Shown here in pieces: positions 1 to 5,643 of a DNA stretch of 7,658 nt. The stretch is from IMG/VR virus record IMGVR_UViG_2548876852_000010; one strand, written 5' to 3'. The number at the start of each line of letters is the position of its first letter. Position 1 is the stretch's first letter. Source of the DNA: a virus (lineage: Duplodnaviria > Heunggongvirae > Uroviricota > Caudoviricetes). Below the pieces are notes generated by a model that was given only the letters and a program-made list of their open reading frames with translations, ran no database searches and was not told the DNA's origin. A program made the translations under genes and the position numbers.

Positions 1-42
1 GATGACGATCAGGGCGATTAACATCGCCTTTTGCTGCTTCAT
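1..42 (-). CDS. hok: Hok/Gef-family type I toxin, first 14 codons only (CDS continues past the window start)
   Basis: Reverse complement of 1..42 is ATG AAG CAG CAA AAG GCG ATG TTA ATC GCC CTG ATC GTC ATC = MKQQKAMLIALIVI, the characteristic N-terminus and start of the single TM helix of Hok/Gef/RelF-type toxins. It is preceded by the typical leader ...gaaaggcaaggagaagcaggct ATG with SD GGAG. Confidence 0.75.
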   Translation of the reverse strand, partial: MKQQKAMLIALIVI

Positions 43-99
43 AGCCTGCTTCTCCTTGCCTTTCGGCACGTAAGAGGCTAACCTAGATTTGCCGTTCAT
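1..99 (-). CDS. mok: mok-like upstream reading frame, in frame with and overlapping hok (translational coupler), partial
   Basis: ATG at 99..97 (minus) opens MNGKSRLASYVPKGKEKQA, which runs in frame into the hok ATG at 42. This is the same arrangement as chromosomal mok/hok pairs, where mok is an N-terminal extension. Confidence 0.45.
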   Translation of the reverse strand, partial: MNGKSRLASYVPKGKEKQAMKQQKAMLIALIVI

Positions 100-170
100 A
101 GATTGAGCCTCAGATTAATGTTAAGCGTCTTGCAGGACGCGTAATGTTAACTGGGGCTTTTCTCTATCTG
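91..170 (+). ncRNA. sok: Candidate Sok-like antisense RNA complementary to the mok translation-initiation region
   Basis: Plus-strand -35 TTGCCT (56..61), 17-bp spacer, -10 TAACCT (79..84), giving a start near 91. The transcript would be antisense to the mok start at 97..99. It contains an inner hairpin GCGTC-ttgcag-GACGC and an outer CCTCAG/CTGGGG stem followed by CTTTTCTC. Boundaries are approximate. Confidence 0.3.
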
Positions 171-217
171 CCTTTGGTGTTCATGCCTGAGACAGATAGC
201 CTCAAGCACCCGCAGCC

Positions 218-246
218 ATTCTACTTAACTCCCGTTACCTCGCCAA
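218..246 (-). promoter_or_regulatory. Candidate hok/mok mRNA promoter
   Basis: On the minus strand: TTGGCG (246..241), 17-bp spacer, TAGAAT (223..218). The predicted transcript would begin near 211 with GGGTGCTTGAGGC..., resembling the 5' fold-back end of hok mRNAs. Confidence 0.35.
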
Positions 247-654
247 TATGAAATCAGTCAGAAAGGCGATCCATAAGAACAACAGCAAGGCAATAAATTG
301 CCATTACAGCAGCAATAGCCAGCGCACATTTGAGAACCAGCACCACAACCTCCTGTATTGGACGTACACCAGTCCTGATAAATATGAGGCTGTCTCGTCA
401 GTGATTCAATACAACTATTGGGTATAGTTTCTGTGATTTTGTTCTGTAGAAATGGAACATAATAACCTGTCACCACCAGCACTTCTTTAAATACGCCAAG
501 TCCGACGCAAGCTAACCTTCTAGCCCGCTTTGAGCGAAGAACGGACTGAGTAATTCAGGCCGTTAGCGACACTATGACATCATTAGCAACCAACTAGGAG
601 TTGGTAATAGATGAGTTAATTAATTGATTAAAAACCGACGATTTTACTAGATTA

Positions 655-684
655 CGGGAAGAAGAAAGGCCGCTGGTACGGCCT
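655..684 (-). terminator. Intrinsic terminator downstream of the small ORF 710..907
   Basis: Minus-strand hairpin AGGCCG-taccag-CGGCCT (667..684) followed by TTTCTTCTTCCC, sitting 26 nt past the ORF stop. Confidence 0.4.
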
Positions 685-709
685 CCCAGAGACTAGTCTA
701 TTGTTATGC

Positions 710-907
710 TTAGAAACGCTTTTCTATCTCTTTTTCTCTTTCGTTTATTGCATCGTCAATGATTTTTTTTGCTGAATTAATTTGTGGTGTTTTTTCTGGT
801 AATACATCTTCAAGATCTTTGGCAATTTTCTTTAATTTATCGATTTCTTTAGTTAAATCAGTTACAGATTTATCCGCTATTGACTTTGTCATTTTTCCAT
901 ATTCCAT
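710..907 (-). CDS. Small hypothetical protein (60-65 aa), lysine/glutamate-rich and predicted helical, in an AT-rich block
   Basis: Open frame with ATG at 907 (alternative ATG at 892 with a weak GGA upstream), TAA at 710..712 and its own hairpin terminator. No strong SD and no recognisable family, so the coding status is uncertain. Confidence 0.35.
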   Translation of the reverse strand: MEYGKMTKSIADKSVTDLTKEIDKLKKIAKDLEDVLPEKTPQINSAKKIIDDAINEREKEIEKRF

Positions 908-1080
908 TCAATTTATTTATCAATCAGTTACCCGTAAACCTTATCATGGATTCCAATTATCGACAGCTGGGATTTTTACTTTCTTGATCTGCCCCAGGCG
1001 AATGACATATCCCCATTAACCAATGTCCGCTCCTAGCACTTAGTAGACATTAATAGATTGTAAGCGTTCCCGTCATGTAG

Positions 1081-1461
1081 CGGTCACCGATTGGTGATGA
1101 ATTGAAGCGGATCATTGATGAAAGTCGCAATAACGTGGCCAGCCCATTTATCGTTCACCAGATCCCGGAACGGCAGGTTAAACGCAGCAAAGAAGTTTCT
1201 CATCCCACTCAAGTTGCACCAGACTATTTGAGTCGGTCGTTTTCAGCTACGCGTGACAAGCTGGGTTTATATGACAAACGGCCGATGGATGAAAGGCCAA
1301 CCTTTCACGAAATTCGCGCCTTAGCAGCACATCTTTTTGATCAGCAGGGCATCGATCCACAAGGACGAATGGCACACAGCGATGCGAAATCAACTAAAAT
1401 CTACACGCAAAACCATATCGACTGGGTTGTAGTTCCACATGGAGAAATTAAAGCCAGCTAG
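1081..1461 (+). pseudogene. int: 5'-truncated lambda-family tyrosine integrase (C-terminal catalytic fragment only)
   Basis: The frame opens right after an in-frame TAG at 1078..1080, and the first start-like codon is TTG at 1102. The translation ends ...PTFHEIRALAAHLFDQQGIDPQGRMAHSDAKSTKIYTQNHIDWVVVPHGEIKAS, mirroring the lambda Int C-terminus (PTFHELRSLSARLY...HLLGH...Y...IEIK), including the catalytic Tyr region. No integrase-like sequence is found in any frame upstream of 1080. Confidence 0.7.
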
Positions 1462-1555
1462 CACCAAGTAAGGCATAGAATTTTATTAACCAAGGAGCAT
1501 ATGACCAGTAATTAATTCTTACCGGAAAGTTAGCCCTGCTAAAATTAATATTAAC

Positions 1556-1591
1556 AAATAAAAAAATAGGGGCAAATATTTATATTTGCCC
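1556..1591 (-). terminator. Rho-independent terminator closing the SMODS-SLATT operon
   Basis: Perfect 10-bp inverted repeat GGGCAAATAT (1570..1579) / ATATTTGCCC (1582..1591) with a 2-nt loop. On the minus strand it is followed by C-TATTTTTTTATTT (complement of 1556..1569), 12 nt after the SLATT stop at 1603. Confidence 0.6.
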
Positions 1592-1602
1592 TCGCAACAT
1601 AT

Positions 1603-2184
1603 TTATCTTCTTTTCAGTTCCTTGGGAAGAAAAGCATCTATTTCTTCTTCAGAAAATGTTAAATCTTCTTTGTTTTTTAATGCGTCCTGTGCTTTTTTAT
1701 AAGCTTCAAATGTTGTACTAGGAGAGCCTGAATACACTGAATGTAAACTCTCGAGTAACGAATCCCGCTCTGACTGCAATTGCTCGATTGGTTTTTCACC
1801 CATTGCTAAGTCTGTAAGCAATGATAAATACTTTTCTCGGATTAACCAGATCTCATTTGCAGCCTGCTTATGTTTTTGCGCCAACTCACCAAGGTCATAA
1901 TCTTTGGTATAAGCGTTAAGAATGAGAAGCAGTGTTGAAACAACAATCCCAACCCCCGTGCCTACTTCACCCGCGCCGAAAAAAGTTGCTAGAAAGCCTC
2001 CAGTAGTTAAGGCGGAGAGAATTATTTGCCAAAACTTTATAGAAGATAGTCGAGATAGGAGAATGTCTGAGCATTTTTCATGCGTCTTATGTGAGTAAAC
2101 GACCCGACCATAACACTCTCTGATCTGCCCTTCTAAAACCCTTCTAGATTCAGGTGTATCCTTAGTCTGGAAATGTTGATCCAT
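1603..2184 (-). CDS. SLATT-like 2-TM membrane effector (predicted partner of the upstream nucleotidyltransferase)
   Basis: The ORF spans 1603..2241. The preferred start is ATG 2184..2182, preceded by GGGAG (aaatggcGGGAGattt ATG), whereas the ATG at 2241 has no SD. Two adjacent hydrophobic helices (FWQIILSALTTGGFLATFF and GVGIVVSTLLLILNAY) are flanked by amphipathic helices with conserved-looking H/Y/W positions (VVYSHKTHEK ... AQKHKQAANEIWLIREKYL), which is SLATT-like architecture. It overlaps the upstream gene by 23 nt. Confidence 0.8.
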   Translation of the reverse strand: MDQHFQTKDTPESRRVLEGQIRECYGRVVYSHKTHEKCSDILLSRLSSIKFWQIILSALTTGGFLATFFGAGEVGTGVGIVVSTLLLILNAYTKDYDLGELAQKHKQAANEIWLIREKYLSLLTDLAMGEKPIEQLQSERDSLLESLHSVYSGSPSTTFEAYKKAQDALKNKEDLTFSEEEIDAFLPKELKRR

Positions 2185-3043
2185 AAATCTCCCGCCATTT
2201 TTGCTTAGCCGACCATTCGCGTTTTGGGGTCGCCATTTCATGCTCTATAGCTTCGAGTGAAATGTTATAGCACCGTTTTGCTTTATATTGGAAAAGCCCT
2301 TTACCATAGACATACTGACCACTTCCTGGCGCTTTCCAATACTCCTTACTCGTATCTTGATCAGCCATCCATTTGAAGAAATCACGACTCATGAAATCGT
2401 AGTAAAGATACGACTTATCTCTATGCGCCCAATTTTCAATGAATTGATACGCAAGCGTATCAATGAGTAAACCACTTATAGGTACATCCCATTTACGCTT
2501 CCAAGCTCTTGCCATTCTACAAAGTTGCACCAAATTGTTATTGGTAATGTTATTTCTTAACCTCATTGCAGAAATTTCTGGCTTTGGATTTGTAATCCTC
2601 CAACGGCCACCACCGTTCGCATCAGGAAATGTGTAACTATCACTAACATTGAGGAAAGCTGGAACGACTTCAAATGTAATTCCATCATTGAACGGTACAA
2701 GGATCACTTGACCGTCACCTCTAATACTAGTGGTAGCATAGGTTTTTTCAATAGATCTCTTAACCGCTTGAAGCAATGCTGACTGCCCATTTCCTAAGTA
2801 GCTATTGTATTTTTGATACTCGGAATATGGTAGCTGAAAAATCATATCCAGATCGCTCAAGCCTTGCGTAGCTGTGTTCCGACCATATGATCCAACGTAG
2901 AGACTATGAGAAGTATCAGAACTGCTATCCCAAAAATCCGTATTTAAACGCTTCGTTATATTCCTATATCTAGTTGAAATTGTTCCACCATCTTTTACAG
3001 TAAGATTGGAGCAAAATCCGCAAAACCACTCAGCTAAACCCAT
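2162..3043 (-). CDS. SMODS / CD-NTase-like nucleotidyltransferase (cGAS/DncV-like, Pol-beta fold)
   Basis: The track ORF 2162..3049 begins at TTG. The first ATG is 3043..3041, preceded by AAGGA. Motif GSYGRNTATQGLSDLD (nt 2846..2893) fits the G[SG]-x(9-13)-D-h-D nucleotidyltransferase signature, followed by a FEVVPAF strand carrying the likely third acidic residue. The N-terminus (AEWF..F...L.L...RY..I..RLN) is typical of SMODS domains. Stop TAA at 2162..2164. Confidence 0.8.
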   Translation of the reverse strand: MGLAEWFCGFCSNLTVKDGGTISTRYRNITKRLNTDFWDSSSDTSHSLYVGSYGRNTATQGLSDLDMIFQLPYSEYQKYNSYLGNGQSALLQAVKRSIEKTYATTSIRGDGQVILVPFNDGITFEVVPAFLNVSDSYTFPDANGGGRWRITNPKPEISAMRLRNNITNNNLVQLCRMARAWKRKWDVPISGLLIDTLAYQFIENWAHRDKSYLYYDFMSRDFFKWMADQDTSKEYWKAPGSGQYVYGKGLFQYKAKRCYNISLEAIEHEMATPKREWSAKQKWREIYGSTFPD

Positions 3044-3185
3044 GCTCAATTCCTTTTCTAAAATCTAATGAAAAATTCAAGGGCGCATGTTCCATGCATC
3101 ATTGATAACTTTTTTCAGTCAGCTAGAGCAACATAATTGATACTAACTAGCTGTTTCTTCAAGTGAGTAACCTACTTTAGCATCA

Positions 3186-3222
3186 AGGTATTATACCTAC
3201 CAAGCATGGGGAGAAACCACCA
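3186..3222 (-). promoter_or_regulatory. Candidate promoter of the SMODS-SLATT operon
   Basis: Perfect minus-strand -10 TATAAT (3195..3190), but only a weak -35 (GGTTTC, 17 bp upstream). This implies a leader of about 140 nt. The call is tentative. Confidence 0.25.
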
Positions 3223-3357
3223 CTTAAGCCATTGAAGTATATAGAGCAGATTTTGTTGAAAAAGCACTGTTTGTCTATACATATGAATATGTGCTTTTAA
3301 CCAGCAATAGCGCGGCTCTCAGCGTTTTACAAGCAGTGTCATGGGGTGTCGGGGATC

Positions 3358-3385
3358 GGAAGTTCAAATCCTCTCGTGCGACCCA
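3358..3385 (+). other. Orphan tRNA 3'-end fragment (T-arm + acceptor 3' strand + discriminator + CCA), possible att core or integration scar
   Basis: GGAAG-TTCAAAT-CCTCT (T-stem/loop with one mismatch), then CGTGCGA-C-CCA at 3375..3385. No complementary 5' acceptor strand (TCGCACG) or D-arm exists within 100 nt upstream. The T-arm resembles a tRNA-Pro-like GGAGG/CCTCT arm. Confidence 0.35.
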
Positions 3386-3397
3386 AAAGATTATATA

Positions 3398-3424
3398 AAC
3401 CAGCCTGTTATTGCTGGTTTTTTA
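3398..3424. terminator. Hairpin terminator, usable on either strand
   Basis: 7-bp stem AACCAGC (3398..3404) / GCTGGTT (3413..3419) with an 8-nt loop. On the plus strand it is followed by TTTTTT, on the minus strand by TATATAATCTTTT. It sits about 150 nt past the minus-strand replication-module ORF ending at 3577 and 13 nt past the tRNA-like CCA on the plus strand. Confidence 0.5.
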
Positions 3425-3576
3425 TGCCTACCTTCCTGGTAGGGAAGCTATGGGGAATTACTGGGGAATCCCCCCCTTTACCTGCTCCCATTAAACTAAC
3501 ATAGCACGATGTAAGCAACTTCCGCTTCTGGCACAAAGCGGACAACCACGCTAGCTCTACCCTGTGCCACAAAATG

Positions 3577-4035
3577 TCAATTTACATCTGAACTAATGCA
3601 CTTTAATCTCGTCACTTCAAAAAAATACCGAACATCCCCCTGATAAAACGACAATATCCGCTGCATAACTTCGCTTTTACGACACTCAGTACAAATTATA
3701 TTATGACGCCTGTCGTAACGACGTATTTCTCCATCAGGTAATGACCAGATAAGGTCCGGATCAACCGCAGATGGTTTCTTCAGCTTTGCCCTTGAGAGCT
3801 TTTTACGGGCATTTTGCCAGTCCTTACGCGCCTGTTCAGACGGGAATAACCCGTAACCAGAGTTGTATACATCGCCACTGGCAACCAGCTCTCTGGCCAG
3901 AACGCTCATCAGATATCTTGTTGCCCCAGTTTTAGCTTCCAGTTGTCGTAACGTCTCGCGCCCACTCTGGCGTACGAGTTCAAGAACCTGCCCTTTAATT
4001 TTTTCCCGCTCTTCTTGTGTAAAAACTTTTGCCAC
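3577..4035 (-). CDS. Hypothetical protein (152 aa), last gene of the early-right/replication operon
   Basis: GTG start at 4035 preceded by a strong SD (AGGAGG gctt GTG). The N-terminus looks like a helix-turn-helix or winged helix (TGATRYLMSVLARELVASGDVY), and the C-terminal part has a single CxxC (ICTECRK). Family not recognised. Confidence 0.55.
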   Translation of the reverse strand: MAKVFTQEEREKIKGQVLELVRQSGRETLRQLEAKTGATRYLMSVLARELVASGDVYNSGYGLFPSEQARKDWQNARKKLSRAKLKKPSAVDPDLIWSLPDGEIRRYDRRHNIICTECRKSEVMQRILSFYQGDVRYFFEVTRLKCISSDVN

Positions 4036-4075
4036 AAGCCCTCCTGAAAATTACCTCATGACCAGAAATACACAC

Positions 4076-5146
4076 TTACCCCCTGAAGCCCGGTGGAATT
4101 TCGGTATCCGGTTCAGAAATATGATTCACACAACGCTGGTTGTTCGTACCGCTTACCGGGAGCAACCAGGGGTTTTCAAAATTCCGGTCCGGTCCAAAAA
4201 ACGTCGTCGCTCGCTGAACAAATTCCGTTCCCGTTTTCCCGGTAGCCGCCAGGTATCTTGCGTAACGCCTCACACCATCCAGCATGGCCTCTGGTGGCAC
4301 CCCCTCGCGTAATCTGGCCTTCCAGGCACTGAAAGCGGATTTCTTCGGGTTTGCCCCAGCACGCAACGGGTATTCCCGCCAGACCTGTTCGAACACATCC
4401 GGATAATCTACTCGCCCCACAGGCTGCCCGGTGTTTTCCGGGACTACCCGATCGGCTTCCCGCTGAATGGCGGAATCGGCTTCAGGCTGCTGCAGTTGGT
4501 GTGATTGCTCCGGCCTTGCGGTCATCACCTGCTGCACAGCGCCCGAATCGGCTTTCAGCGCATACGCTGAATCGGCTTCCGGTGTCGTGCCTGCTGGCTG
4601 ACCAGGATTGACGGTCTGAACATCCCCTGCCTGGTTCGTGGCGTTTTTTACGCCATGGACCATAGTGTTTTGATCTTCTTGATCTGTATCTTTATCTGTA
4701 TCTTTATCTGTCGTGACTCGTCGTGACATGTGCGTGACATTTCGTGACGCGCCGTGACAATCGCCATTTTGTTCCCGCTTTCTTTCCCTCTCTCGCTGCG
4801 CCCTCTTGCGCTCTGCAGGAGATTTTGCGGTTTGCGAAATATTGCCGTTGTCCTCTTTAAGCACCTGGCGTTTTTCCCATCCAGTGATTAAATCACCATC
4901 AAGTACCCGCCCCTGCATCGTCTGCAAAATTGAATCAATTACCTCTTCTGTCACGTCGAGCGCACTTGCCAAATCTTCTGTCGTGACATCAATGTGACCT
5001 CGCGTGACATTTCGTGACGCGCTCACCAGGAGGTGGATATACACTGCCATCACTGTTGCAATTGGCTGCCCTGACACCCTGGCAATTGTTCGCCACTTAG
5101 GGTCATTTGGCATGTCATGCCATAATCTGAGCCAAGCGTTAGCCAT
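4076..5146 (-). CDS. Prophage replication initiation protein (replisome-organiser-like) with internal iterons
   Basis: The track ORF begins at GTG 5152, but the first ATG at 5146 is preceded by GAGGTG. N-terminus MANAWLRLWHDMPNDPKWRTIARV...YIHLL and a conserved-looking C-terminal block (YPLRAGANPKKSAFSAWKARL...GVRRYARYLAATGKTGTEFVQRATTFFGPD) are typical of lambdoid or cryptic-prophage replication initiators. It sits downstream of the cro/cII analogues, as lambda O does, and contains a low-complexity acidic linker (TDKDTDKDTDQEDQ). Confidence 0.7.
   Translation of the reverse strand: MANAWLRLWHDMPNDPKWRTIARVSGQPIATVMAVYIHLLVSASRNVTRGHIDVTTEDLASALDVTEEVIDSILQTMQGRVLDGDLITGWEKRQVLKEDNGNISQTAKSPAERKRAQRERERKREQNGDCHGASRNVTHMSRRVTTDKDTDKDTDQEDQNTMVHGVKNATNQAGDVQTVNPGQPAGTTPEADSAYALKADSGAVQQVMTARPEQSHQLQQPEADSAIQREADRVVPENTGQPVGRVDYPDVFEQVWREYPLRAGANPKKSAFSAWKARLREGVPPEAMLDGVRRYARYLAATGKTGTEFVQRATTFFGPDRNFENPWLLPVSGTNNQRCVNHISEPDTEIPPGFRG
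4687..4710. repeat. Tandem direct repeat, 12-bp unit TATCTTTATCTG x2 (hexamer TATCT[TG] x4)
   Basis: Exact tandem duplication read directly from the sequence. It encodes the TDKDTDKD linker and abuts iteron cluster 1. Confidence 0.85.
4712..4758. repeat. Iteron cluster 1: five CGTGAC repeats phased at 10-11 bp
   Basis: CGTGAC at 4712, 4722, 4733, 4743 and 4753, about one helical turn apart, inside the replication-initiator CDS. Confidence 0.8.
4982..5018. repeat. Iteron cluster 2: four (C/T)GTGAC repeats phased at 10-11 bp
   Basis: CGTGAC at 4982, 5003 and 5013 and TGTGAC at 4993. The 21-bp string GCGTGACATTTCGTGACGCGC is shared exactly with cluster 1. Confidence 0.8.
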
Positions 5147-5217
5147 ACTCACCTCTTCTGATACCGAATCTTTTTACTCACGAGTTGCCGGAAGCGATTC
5201 GATATGGCTATTGTCAG

Positions 5218-5643
5218 TCAATGTACTGCCACAGCATTTCCTGCCGGGCCACCACGGTTCATCTGATTGAAACCGGCGATTGCCACTGCGACAAAATCAT
5301 CAGCGTCTCTCACCAGTCGCTCCCGCGTCTCCACCAGCTCCCGAAAATAAGCTGAACTGTGGCTGCGCATTCTGGCCACCAGCAAAGGTGGCATTGCCTT
5401 TTCGATCGCTGGTAACAACGCCTGAATTTTTTCAACTGCATCAGGGGTATCTTTCTCTATCCAGCGGAAAATTTTCTGGGTATTGCGAGCCAGGGCTTCC
5501 GGATGGCTGTCGTCGTACAGTTCAGGAAACGTCATACCCAACTCAAAATAAGCCTGGGTTATTCCAGCTGCCGGAACTTTTTCGCCATCAGGACGCGCCC
5601 AGGCATTCATCGCCATGCGGATGTGTTCATGCTTGATTTTCAT
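5218..5643 (-). CDS. YdaT-family protein (CII-like regulator of cryptic and lambdoid prophages)
   Basis: The best start is the internal ATG at 5643, preceded by AAGGGGGG. The product begins MKIKHEHI... and ends ...VAVH, at about 141 aa, matching the length, termini and position (after the cro analogue, before the replication gene) of the Rac YdaT family as I recall it. The upstream extension of the track ORF has no SD. Confidence 0.65.
   Translation of the reverse strand: MKIKHEHIRMAMNAWARPDGEKVPAAGITQAYFELGMTFPELYDDSHPEALARNTQKIFRWIEKDTPDAVEKIQALLPAIEKAMPPLLVARMRSHSSAYFRELVETRERLVRDADDFVAVAIAGFNQMNRGGPAGNAVAVH

Noticed and set aside
258-482. 74-aa minus-strand ORF with a very cysteine-rich product (CGAGSQMCAGYCCCNGNLLPCCC), which could in principle be a Cys-rich peptide
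   Set aside because: It has a GTG start with only a weak purine-rich stretch upstream. The cysteine richness is a by-product of GCA/GCT-rich sequence on the opposite strand, a competing plus-strand frame (249..428) is equally open, and neither has coding-like signals. Most likely a non-coding flank of the hok locus.
759-1019. 86-aa plus-strand ORF
   Set aside because: It is antisense to the better-supported small ORF 710..907 and runs through an AT-rich region. The product is hydrophobic and low-complexity with no SD, so it is a shadow ORF.
2288-2470. 60-aa plus-strand ORF
   Set aside because: It lies entirely inside, and antisense to, the SMODS nucleotidyltransferase gene.
3310-3385. A complete tRNA gene ending at the CCA at 3385
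   Set aside because: The 76 nt upstream of the CCA contain no strand complementary to the acceptor 3' strand (CGTGCGA) and no recognisable D-arm. Only the 3' third is tRNA-like.
4687-5018. Short direct repeats considered as a possible CRISPR array
   Set aside because: The repeats are only 6-7 bp with 3-5 bp between them, lie inside a coding sequence and are helically phased. This is iteron behaviour, not CRISPR repeat-spacer architecture.
5027-5040. DnaA-box-like GGTGGATAT next to iteron cluster 2
   Set aside because: It matches the TGTGGATAA consensus at only 7 of 9 positions and is a single copy, which is not enough to call.
3863-5636. Five plus-strand ORFs (3863..4312, 4351..4611, 4806..4997, 5004..5270, 5280..5636)
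   Set aside because: All are antisense shadows within the minus-strand replication-initiator, 152-aa and YdaT-like genes. Their products are Arg/Pro/Ser-rich, typical of reverse-frame translation of GC-rich coding DNA.
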